64,000 bases of DNA, taken from NCBI GenBank assembly GCA_030141605.1, contig JAQGDQ010000170.1:372001-436000 (forward strand), read 5' to 3'. Position 1 is the first letter of the stretch, and each line of letters starts with the position of its first letter. This DNA comes from Tubiluchus corallicola (taxonomy: Eukaryota > Animalia > Priapulida). The position numbers and the translations under genes are program-made. This document shows positions 53,501-64,000 of this stretch, piece by piece. Below the pieces are notes generated by a model. It worked only from the letters and a program-made list of their open reading frames with translations, was not told the origin of the DNA and made no database searches.

Positions 53501-54856
53501 TATTTTTATTTATTCCTCGCAATTTTAATCCTTAATAAGCCTTGCAAGTTAGCGTCACCAAACGCACAGGGTTGGTAACCCTGGGCGGGTACGTACAGCA
53601 GTGTGGCAACCAGTGACCATTGGTCAAGGGGGAAAGGGCAGTGGGCTTCCTGTCAGTTTTTTTCTTTAGATCGTATCTTCTCCTAGGCCTTTCGATTTTT
53701 CCAATTTTTTTTTCACAAGTATTTCGGTACTGTGGAGTAGATGTGCACCTGGGGTTTTAAAAAGCTGGCAAATTTTAAACACTCGAGCGAGGGGCCAAAA
53801 TACAAATTTGGGGTCCCCCAATTGGTGGCCTTTTATTTGCTGAGAGCTAGGGAGACAAAACTCACATGGTACACTTTGGGCAAAGTTATCTGTGTATATA
53901 TGTGACCCGAGTTGCCGGGTCAAAAGTCACGGAGCGGGCGGGTCTTCATTTATTTTTCTTTAGGATCCATCTGTGTCCATAGTTTTTGAGCTGGGGCGAC
54001 AATATTTCGTATGTGGTTAGGTGGGGCCAGGTTTTTGGATATGGCAGAATATTGGTCATTTGGTGGGGGAAAAATTTTCCGCTAGGAGGCAACTGAAAAA
54101 TGGGGGTTGAGAGTAGAAATGCATCAAGTGTCTTGGAATATTACCTTGTAGCACATCAAATGGCAGGTCGTGATGAGAGGGTCGAACGGCATAGGTTACA
54201 ATGAGAATAGCTAACCCGCGACCCCGCTAAGGGGCAAAAACTGAAAAATAGGGGTCGGGAACTGAAGTGCACTGAGTGTTGAGCAATGATACCTTGTCGC
54301 ATAACAAATGAAAGGTCTCGAGGAGGCAGATCAAATGGCATATGCTGTAACGAAAATAGCTAATCCGCGATCCCGCTAGAGGGCAAAAACCACAAAAATG
54401 AGTGCCGGGAACAGAAATGCATCGAGTGTCTACTAATAGTACCATGTAGCATGCCAAATGAAAGGTCTTGATGAGGTGAATCAAATGATATAAGTTACAG
54501 TGTAAATCGTTAACCTGCGACCCAGTTAGGGGCAAAATATGGGTCGAGGAGACAAATGGCCTCCAGGATCTACCAAAAGTAGGTTGTTGTATATCAAATG
54601 AAAGGTCTCATTGAGACAAACTGGGTGATATAAATTATGCCAAGGTTGTTGACCTTTGACCCGTGGGTGATGGGCTTAACAGTTAAATGCTGAGGTTTCA
54701 TTATGAAATGCACTTTCCATGTATTCAAGCAACTCAATGAGAAAAATAAGCACTTTCAAAAAAGGCAGTATCTCCTCATTTTTAAAGCTGAACGTTATAA
54801 CTATTGTTTGCAAAATTTTCAGTTTCTGACCTCGTCAGAAACATTGTCAACTAGTT
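53501..54856 (+). mobile_element. Non-autonomous Helentron/HINE element, copy 2 (lacks the 5' subTIR; ~150-bp internal tandem repeats)
   Basis: Starts at the TATT tract and is homologous to copy 1 (gtcaccaaac...ggttggta.ccctggg...acgtaca.cagtgtgg). Repeat units begin near 54144, 54291 and 54441. Ends ttgcaaaatttt, perfect hairpin gtttctgac-ctc-gtcagaaac (54822-54842), attgtcaactagtt. Confidence 0.8.
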
Positions 54857-55373
54857 AGTTATTATTTATTGACCTTACGTGGTTTGTTATTTGTTTTGCA
54901 TGAACTAATGTATTTTTATATAAGCTTCATTACTTTTTTGGCTTAGTATGATTCTTATATACTTGATTTTGATATGATTATGATAAATATTATATTCTTA
55001 GCTTAATTTGCAAAATTATGGAATTTGTAAATCATTAATTTATCATCATCATTAATGTATTGATAAAATATATTTGGGCGCTACAGTTAATGTTAGTAAT
55101 TAAATGTTGTTTAAACCATAATAATTTCATTCTCGAAACGGTTGATGTGATGCTCCCGTCAATTTTTTCGCTGGCTACGATGAAGTATGTATGTTGCTAT
55201 CTGAATCAAGGCACAGTACTTTAACGTCAATAAACTTATGAGATAACTTCGTCCGGTGCAAGTGCCCCAATATACGCGAAAATGTTTTTATTAACTAGAA
55301 TTTGTCACTATATTATTGTCAACAAACTGATTTTTGAAAAAACCGAACGACAAAATCGTATTTCCCAAAGCAA

Positions 55374-55379
55374 TTTATT
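55374..55379 (-). terminator. Probable polyadenylation signal of gene B
   Basis: AATAAA on the minus strand about 170 nt downstream of the stop codon; another copy lies near 55290. Confidence 0.45.
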
Positions 55380-55549
55380 AACCTAGTAATAACAAAACAC
55401 ACATCGGAAACGATAGGCAACCTTCCAAGTTGTCCAAACTGCTAACCCATTCCTTCTAACCAGAAAACAAATTTCAACAATAAAATACAGCAAAATTAAT
55501 CGCATTTGTAAAACTGTTATATTTGAAGTCAAGCACTACTCTAATGTTG

Positions 55550-58500
55550 TTATGCCGTGGCCAAAAATACGGTAATATCTGGTGATGCAATCTCGGTACA
55601 GGATTTTAGGCACCTCTCATTTCCGCAGTTAGGATTCCGTTGTCTGAGAGAAAGAAAAACGGATGGTTGAATTTCCGTGATGTCTGTGTTGTCACATATA
55701 ACACCTGCCAATGTGACCTTCTGAATTTCGGTTATCTCAGCTGAAAAAATAGAAATTACTGACTATTTTCGCTCCTCCTCTCTCTCTCTCTCTCTCTACC
55801 TATCCCTCTCCCAACTCTCCCTTTTAGTCCGGCAGCCCAGAGGGTTTTGGTCAACTGATGCACTTAAGAGGTACAGAGCTGGACGTCTGCTTGAAATGAA
55901 TAGTCTTATTCTGCACAACACTGTATAACTGCCCTCTGTTTATATAGTGCTTGCCAGAAGATTTCTGTTATGGTCCGTTAGACCTTTTTTGTATTCACAC
56001 CAAACAGCCGCCTGGGGAAGAAAACACAGAACTCACCACAATGAAAGAGTTACTTATGTTTTTCAAATCAGGGGTTCAGTGCGTCCGTGGAAACTGACGT
56101 GTATGCTCCGTAAATGGGGATAAGCAGATTAACAAACTAGATGCTACACATGCTGAGTCGTTTGAGAACTTGCCTGGTTTGTGAAGTTATGAAAGTATAG
56201 CTGCGGGATAAGTACAGGCAACGTAAAGCTGCCCAGTATAATCAAGATGTGCCTGTGTCTGCAGCTGGAACAGTAGTAGTTGTAATAATAATAACAACAA
56301 CAACAACACAAAAACTTCTGGCAAGGATTTGAAGAGGGCAACAGGTCTGGAATAAACAGTCGACATGCCTGTTTATTTGGGTCTTCTTGGTACCTTCGGT
56401 GCTTGGTCAGAGAGGGCTGGAAGGTCAAATGTTTCAGAAGAGTGTCTAGCATAGCTTAAACAGAAGGTCACTTGTCTGGCACAGCCCATTTAATGATCCA
56501 TGGTATGTCCATGTCCGACTGATACCGCTCATGTTTGACCCAACCAAATTATTTGGAACCTTAAAGGATGTCTAGCGGGTTTTACGTGGCAAAAATATTT
56601 ATCTAAGGTATTGCTACCAATTTTGTTACCATCTCTCTCCCCCTCTCCCTTTTTCTCTCTCGCCCTCTCTCTCTCTCTCTTTCGCTTTCTCTCTTACTCT
56701 CTCTCTAACTCTCCGCGTGGAGGTCTATTTGGCACGAAAGTTTGAATCGATAATGTAGTCATTGTGATTTACATCATCTGAGGGCCATTTAAATTCAATA
56801 TCTCAAATTAGGTCGTACCTCAATCGCTTTACTAAATTTAGTGACGATTCTAATGTTAATACCTTACTAAGTACTGCATTACAGATACTGTACGTTAAAT
56901 GCATTATTATCTTCTGCAATTCCTTACCTGCCGTAAAATCATTCTGATACCAATATCGATCTCCGTGTATTATAGATTCGAATTGTTTTCCGATGATGCA
57001 AGAAAACGTAGGCCCAAGATTTGCACCTGGTACCAGATCTTCAGCTAGCCCACCGACGAATAGGTCAATGCATTCTGGGCAATCACTGAAAATAATTATT
57101 GTGAACAAGACAAATTAAAAAAGCAGTAGATATTGCACGATTTTGATTTCTAGAACATTTTGATAGTGACTCTTCCTTCCGATTTATGAACATCTTCACT
57201 GACTTGTAATATCAACAAATCGTTATATAACTAACCTAAATAACCTAAGTTACCTAAGTTATCTAAATGAGCCATCTTAATGTTTTTGTTAAAACTTATA
57301 AACACATAAACATCGAAGGGTGTCGAAGAAGGGTTTATACTGGGTTCTTTGCATCCGTGTGTGCATGTGTGTCTATGGGTGGGATGAGGTTAGCATCTAA
57401 TTTTTACAGAAAGAAAACGTAAGAAAAATCAGGCAAAATTGTGCGGCCCTCTGTCAGTCATTATGCGGCGGTAATGTGCTGCGAGGATATGCAAATATAA
57501 ATGTAAATTTGCAAACGTATTTGTCGGGATAATGCAGTTTTCCATTGCATGTTCTTGCAAGCCATTTTCGAAAGTTTCCAACCATATTAATTTGGAAAAA
57601 TTCTTCGTTAATAACAATTTAATTTCATATGGTGTATTCAAATTTTATAATTTATTTAACTACAACTGCAAGAACAAAATATCTTACATTCTTGATAACG
57701 CTTCTTAATCACAATTTGTTCCTTGTTGCAATTTGTGATATACGTTACAACACGTAAATATAAATATATCTATCTATCTATCTCCCTCTCTTTCGTTCTC
57801 TCTCTCACTCCCTCCCATTCTCTCTCTCTCTCTCTCTATCTATCTCTTCTTTGAATTCTTTCATCCAATTTTTTCTCTCGTTGTCCTTTCGCTCTGTCTC
57901 TTATTTTATATTCTTGTTTTATATTTCTATGTATGTATAACACATATGTATATATATATATATTTATTTATATATATATATTTATACATATATATGTTAT
58001 ACATACATACATACATACATACATACATACATACATACATACATACATACATACATACATACATACATACATACATACATACATACATAAAACATACGAT
58101 TACAGCAAAAAAGTGAAAGTTTCTATAGTTGTTGCAAACTGTTTTTGTCTAATAACTTGCACAAATCAACATTTTACATGAAACATGAAGACACAGAAAC
58201 AAAGAATTTTGAAAAAAAAACGAGCCAAATAATTGTCTATTTACCCGTATGCCTCGATCAGCAATTGTTTATTTTCTTCGCTTATATCTGGCAAATCGTT
58301 GATACTTGAAACGTTAGTAAACGCATTACCACATATCTGGCTTGCCGTTTCTCTGTAAAAACACCACTAAAACATGACATATATGTAGTATTCAAAAATT
58401 CAGGAAATAACCGGAATTTATTATTACTATCCCTGACCCTAACAACATGTATAAAAACTACTTGGTACCTACGTAAATTATACTTTTTTACGAAGAATAT

Positions 58501-61500
58501 TTAAAAGATGTTTTGCATTTTCTACAGCACTTATACACTAGTCATCTTCTTTGAATTGACTTCGATGGCACCTGCATATTCCTGCAAATAAAAACCACTA
58601 AAACCAGATTGGTGAATGGGGTTTTTGTTCTAATCTAATCTAAATCTAAAGTGAAGACAATAACTGCACTCAAAGGCATCTTCAAAGTTCGGTTTGAAAC
58701 AGGGGCGGTGTGCATGAAGAACCTAACCTCACAACACAACAGAACATCCCTAATCTCTTACGTTTGAGCCCTTTGACCTCTAATTACTGAATTTATACAG
58801 CTCTTTTATGGAACAAAATGTTAAATGATTTAATAAAAATGAATGATAAGTAATTAATGAAAATTATTACCGCAAACCGTTATCAGAATAACCTATACTC
58901 AGTAACCACACGCTTGCATTACATTCACGTTATACAAAAAGTTTTTGTTCTTCTGGTTCTTCATGCTGTCATATCATAATCACTAATATTAACCGTATAT
59001 TTTTCCATTTGTTTACATAGATTGTATAAGTGTATTTCCAAAATAAATAAATTACTAAAATCATTTCCACTCACCTATGAGCCACATAGGAAGCCATGCC
59101 ATGTTCTCTTCCTCGCTGAATATTGATGGCAGCAAGGTCTTGTCCAAGTTGCTTATCATGATCGCGGAATAACTGGTTACGCAAATCGACCACGATAAAT
59201 CTGAAAGAAAGACAAACCAGCCTTTATTGTCACTGCTTGCCTAGATAATTATTGAATCACCAAGGCCATTTCACACAAAATTATGTTTAATGAGAGCATT
59301 TACTAACAAATGTCCAAACCTACGAATACTCTACCTATCAGTTCCCCAAGATTTGAACCTGCTCAAGGCTCGCAAAGTTGGATCTATGGTCTCAGTTGTA
59401 TCCTCTGAAAATGTTGGATTAAAGAATGTATTTGATACTCGTACATCTTCAGTGTCGTCATTAGCCCATTGACGAGTGTACTTGGATCCAACCATTGAGT
59501 GTCCAAACCTAAAAGTATGAAGACATTAATTGCTTTTCACCTTTTCCGATGTTCAAACGGTAAATGAGTAAAAGATTATAGAAATTCGGCATGGGATAAT
59601 TGAAGCACAGGTGCCTTTCCTCATCATCGAAATAACTTAATTTGTTATTTTTTCAATTGTTTGCCTCAACTTCAGTGTATATGTTATTACTGTACCTTTG
59701 CTCTTAACAAACATAAGTTGCGTAATTTCAGCAAAGCTGAAGCATCTGCGACATGGTTCACATTAAATGCCATGCATGTAGCAGGCCTAAATAGCCGGTT
59801 CATTCACATAAAAGCCTGTTAACCAAACCGATTCATTGTTTTTTAACTAACGGTGTCAACAGGTTTAATTGGAAACCTCCTGCCTTCTAATCTGAATGAC
59901 TAATAAGAACAGCAACTAAAGTAAACACCCAAACTCCTGCAAAATAAATGAAACGATGATAGCCCTATCCATCATTTAAATTATACTATACTTAGCAGAA
60001 CTGCAGAATTTTTGTTATTCTTGCGATGATCCTTATGTAATGAAACTCTTCAGAACATCTTAAAGTACCTAGTGTCTAATGTCTATATACACGAGAGCTA
60101 TGTTGCACTGTCACTGGTAAGTAGAATTTATATTTATGTAGGCTTTTTTATCTAGCTTGCATTCGTACACACCGTACAGCGCACATGCACACAGCGCAAG
60201 TCGTACGTTAATGCAAAGATAACGTATATATATATACATAGATATACATATATAATAACTATGTTAACAATTCTTGGAAGCATACGCACATGCACTTACA
60301 CAAAACTTACATATCGACACACTATATTTAGTATGTGTAGTATTTTAGCACGTACCTAAAGGCTGCAGTAGAGAACGAGTTGTCTATAGTTGCGTCATAG
60401 GATATATTGTATCCTAATGTAACATAATCAGCTGAATTTAAATGGAATTTTGTTAGATCCTCAGATGAAAAGATTCCAGGCAAAAATTCTTGTTGTGTTA
60501 TCACCTGATGCATAAAAATTTATTCATTACATCTGGTTCACAATGCAATACAATACAATACAGTATAATATAATGTAACACCACATACAAAGATAATAAA
60601 CATAAATGATCGGTTTAACATCATCATACATTTTATGTAAGAACAATACATTTAAAGAAAAAAGAATAAGATCATAAATAAATAACCCGAATAACTGAGG
60701 AAAACAAATATGAGTGAATAAGTGAATTTCAAAGTTAATTGCGATATTAAAATTATATTCAATTATGTGGGCCTTATTGTTGTTGTGCAAGTTCATTTCT
60801 TAATTAAAACATTTCGTAAAAAAATTGATGCTAATATCGTAATCTCGTAATCATCACTGGTAAGAAAGATTTTGAGTTTATGCTCATCAGTAAGTGATAT
60901 AAAAGTTGGACTCAAAACACAAATTTCATTAATCAGACACTCTCTAATATTATTATGTTTTTACAACTTAGAAGGTAGTGCTATTCATTTTCGTTGCTAG
61001 TACATTCGTTGCTGAATATGGGAATTTTCGGAAATTAGTGGCGTTCTTTTTCAATGAAATGGCTATGAGCGCTTATACGTATTTTAGTGAAGTTATATAT
61101 CTATTGCTAGCGTTTTTAATGAATATGTAGTAATATTAACAAATGGATTTAAGCTTCGAGTTACGTTCTTAATTTAATATTTTCTCCACGCTTTCCTTTT
61201 TCTTTGGATACTTAAAATTTCCAGTAAGACTAATAGTTTGATAAAAGTTTAAGTTTTAAAGATTTAACAAACGGACTGGTATCCGATATGCTCCGAGATC
61301 TCAAATGTTTAAAAAACCTGTATGAGTTAGTATATTTGAAGAGTAGCTAACAGTCCAGAATTTTTGTTCACAAGTATCACATTTTCATAATAACAATGTG
61401 AGAAAAAACAATTTCCTGGATCCTTATCCTTTGAGCACCTTTTGTTGTAAAAAAAAGTGTGCAAATCTCGCACGAGTATAATGCAACTGGTTTGATCGGG

Positions 61501-63671
61501 GTGTCAAATAATTTCATTACATACATTTATTTCTGTATTTGTGCCCTGTAGTCTTTATCTAAGTTTGGCAGCCTTACTATGCAACTCTTGTTCAGCTGCA
61601 TTAAAGGAGCCACTGTCAGTAAAGGCTATTCCTAGATACGTATACCTTTGAACAATTTGCAGGTTATCGTTACCTAATGTGAATGCATTTTTAGTAATTT
61701 TGCAGCCTCCTTTATTAATGATAAAGACATTAATGACCCATTAAAGATAATGACATCTGTCTGATTTTGGTCCAAAAGATAGCCGTGAAGACGAATTTGT
61801 TACCCTAATTTCTGCACCTCAGCCACAACAATGGCATCAAGAGAGCAAAAGTTCTATCTTGTGGCCACAACAATTAAACAATTTTTTGAAAATGTCAAAA
61901 GCGTCTCTACAGTTTTTTAAGAATATGTAGAAGTCAACCATTTGGAACTTGAGCACTTTATGCCGCGCTAATTGCGTATCGCGCACCTGCATTTCTGCAC
62001 CAACTATTCTTCTTGCTTCTTGGAAAATTTGTTCATCCTCCCATTCAGGTTTTTCTGCACTAATGGCTGTTGCAATGCGATTGTGTTCTCTGAGGAAAAG
62101 AACTTGGAGTACTTGCTGCCCAAGTTGCTCATTAGCTCTTTCGTCTCCTATAAGAACAACACCAATTCAGACCAATAATTATCTCTCGCAGGCGGCACTC
62201 GATTTGTCTGTTGGCTTTAGATAACGATTATTATTAGTATTATTACCATTATTATTGTTATTACAGTGGCATGATGTTATGCCTTCGAACGTCATATAAA
62301 AACTTGTAACCAAATGATGGTTACAATTTTAATTTATTAGTAAAGTAAACTACACGTACACATCATGTTTGATTTCAATTAAGTTTGTTATAAGGTTTTG
62401 CTTAATTAGGTGTCACGTACCTCCATCATAACAAGCAACAGCGTTACCGTCGTTATCTTCACAACTACCATCAACTGCGCTTTTAGGTAAAACAGGTCTT
62501 CCGCCAGTAATTTCAGTTGTCTTCATAAGCCCTTGATAACAGCAGTAAGCCACACTTGAACCACACATTAAACTGCAAACTTCTGTACAATTTAGTTTAG
62601 CTTAGCATGTTCAAAGATTAATGCTTGTATATTTTACGTAATTGGTTTACTTTGTAACCTTCTAATTACTACCGGATCATTTGAATTACGTATATGTAGT
62701 ATATGATATCCTTTGTGTTTATGATCTTTGCTCGTCGGAATTTTCAAATTTTGAGATTTGTTCAAATAAATATCAAAACAGAAAAAGGAAGTAGTGCACA
62801 AAGTCACCTTTTGCTCAAGCAATTTCAACTTGTTTTATTTCACTTATGTATTTTTGCCCACTCTGCTTCTCATAAATTAATGTACAAATTTATTGCGACT
62901 TAGAAGGCTAAAAGGAATTAGTACATTCACGGAAACACCAGTCCTTGTGCCTGTTAAAGGAAATATTTTTCACGAGTGGTTTAAAGTACCCAAAATAATT
63001 AGTTTGCAAATGACCATGTTACTAATGAACTCAGTACGAGTACGAAGAACTCACCACCACTGTGTTCCCGTAGGCGATCTACTGTCTCTGAATCAGATCC
63101 ATAGACAACAGAACCATCTATGTACGCGGTTATTTGATTTATCTGTTCTCTGTGACCTAAAACACAAAAGTTAGCCCCAATGCATAACTTACAAATGCTT
63201 TTCATTAGTGCCATACACATCAATTTCCGATATTAATAAAAGTTTGAAGCTTGAAAATTTCGCTCATTCGAAACCAAGGTCTTCTGGTATTCAGGCAGCT
63301 ATCCTACCCATTGCACTACAAAGGTACAATGACGTTTGCGGAATTTACACTGTAGGCCACTAAGACTGTCAACGGTGAACCACTGTCCACACGGTATCAA
63401 GACATAGAGCAAAACAATCAGACAAACCCATGAAAGTAATACTAACATAGAAAGTCTGAAAACTCTGCGGACTGTCTGAAAATTAGAAAGTCTGAAAAAG
63501 TTTACGTTCTGATATACAAACCCGTTTCACATTCTCCAGGCATAGAGCGCACGATGGGAATGCACATTAGAGTTTGCTTCCCTCCATAGAATGGGTCGTT
63601 CTGGTCTACATCTATCGAATAACACTTGTCACTTTGCTGGTCTCCAGTTGCAGTCAACGGACAACACTCAA
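55550..63671 (-). CDS. Animal heme peroxidase paralog, gene B, last 10 exons (5' part lies beyond the window end)
   Basis: Exons 63522-63671, 63055-63156, 62421-62531, 61987-62147, 60356-60504, 59335-59508, 59075-59200, 58245-58352, 56928-57085, 55550-55740. Intron positions and phases match exons 7-16 of gene A. Exon lengths are identical except +6 nt in the exon-11 equivalent and +3 nt in the last exon. The frame is open throughout, with NQITAYIDGSVVYGS, GDERANEQ, REHNRIA, AAFRFGHS, DLAAINIQRGREHG and GDRYWY, ending ...DITVFLATA* (TAA 55552-55550). Confidence 0.95.
55772..55825. repeat. (CT)n / pyrimidine-rich tract
   Basis: Directly visible. Confidence 0.85.
56631..56714. repeat. Imperfect (CT)n tract
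   Basis: Directly visible. Confidence 0.85.
57762..58088. repeat. Compound microsatellite (CTAT)n/(CT)n/(TA)n/(CATA)n
   Basis: Directly visible, in an intron of gene B. Confidence 0.95.
63262..63324 (-). mobile_element. tRNA-derived SINE head, same family as 2635-2700
   Basis: Minus strand cctttgtagtgcaatgggtaggatagctgcctgaataccagaagaccttggtttcgaatgagc has A box TAGTGCAATGG and a B-box-like GGTTTCGAAT; shares ccagaag.ccttgg.ttcga with the copy at 2635. Confidence 0.6.
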
Positions 63672-64000
63672 CTAGAACACAAAACATGTTGTCAAAAACT
63701 GTTTTGCTTGCGGTTTAACTTACGGTCGTCATAATAAAAAGTAACATATTTCATCAATTTATGATCAGAAATGACATAAATTCAACAATACTGGTCACTT
63801 CCTTGTCATTTAACTTGTGGAGATCAGTAAACATTTTAAATACTAGAATTTGGTAAAGAAATAAAATTTTTAAATTGTTTATAACAAAAGCAATATCCGT
63901 TTCATAAACTACCCACTATATAATAAATTTTATTACATTTTTATTAGGTAAATTCAAGTTTCTACTGCACTTAGCAGTAAATGTTAGAAAATCACTGGTA

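Noticed and set aside
52850-54620. Periodic repeats as a CRISPR-like array, and the overlapping 60-100 aa ORFs as genes
   Set aside because: The units are contiguous diverged tandem repeats without unique spacers, inside Helentron-like elements in a eukaryotic genome
56300-56550. GC-richer intronic segment overlapping a 102-aa minus-strand ORF
   Set aside because: No recognisable domain; possibly a transposon fragment, but I cannot classify it by eye
60853-60898. Minus-strand CTGATGAG...CTC resembling a hammerhead ribozyme core
   Set aside because: The required GAAA is AAAA and stems I and III cannot be built properly

Overview
AT-rich animal (invertebrate-type) genomic DNA with spliceosomal GT-AG introns; the species cannot be determined from the sequence. 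The right 26 kb holds two tandem minus-strand animal heme peroxidase genes (peroxidase-cyclooxygenase superfamily, peroxinectin/chorion-peroxidase/MPO-like). Gene A is complete: 16 coding exons, 50192->38308, 695 aa, with signal peptide and propeptide. Gene B is 5'-truncated by the window edge: last 10 exons, 63671->55550. Catalytic residues are intact wherever visible. Both paralogs share unusual features (a CPEC motif, His->Gln before REHNR, HGD instead of K/RGD) and show very uneven synonymous divergence, which suggests gene conversion. Transposon remains lie between and inside the genes: a tandem Helentron/HINE-like pair, a Harbinger-type MITE, an RTE LINE fragment, tRNA-derived SINE heads and a probable decayed transposase. 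The left 38 kb has no recognisable protein-coding gene. It contains microsatellites, local duplications, a few orphan exon-like segments and a ~295-bp fold-back element in which a block-symmetric pentamer microsatellite is enclosed by 33-bp inverted repeats.
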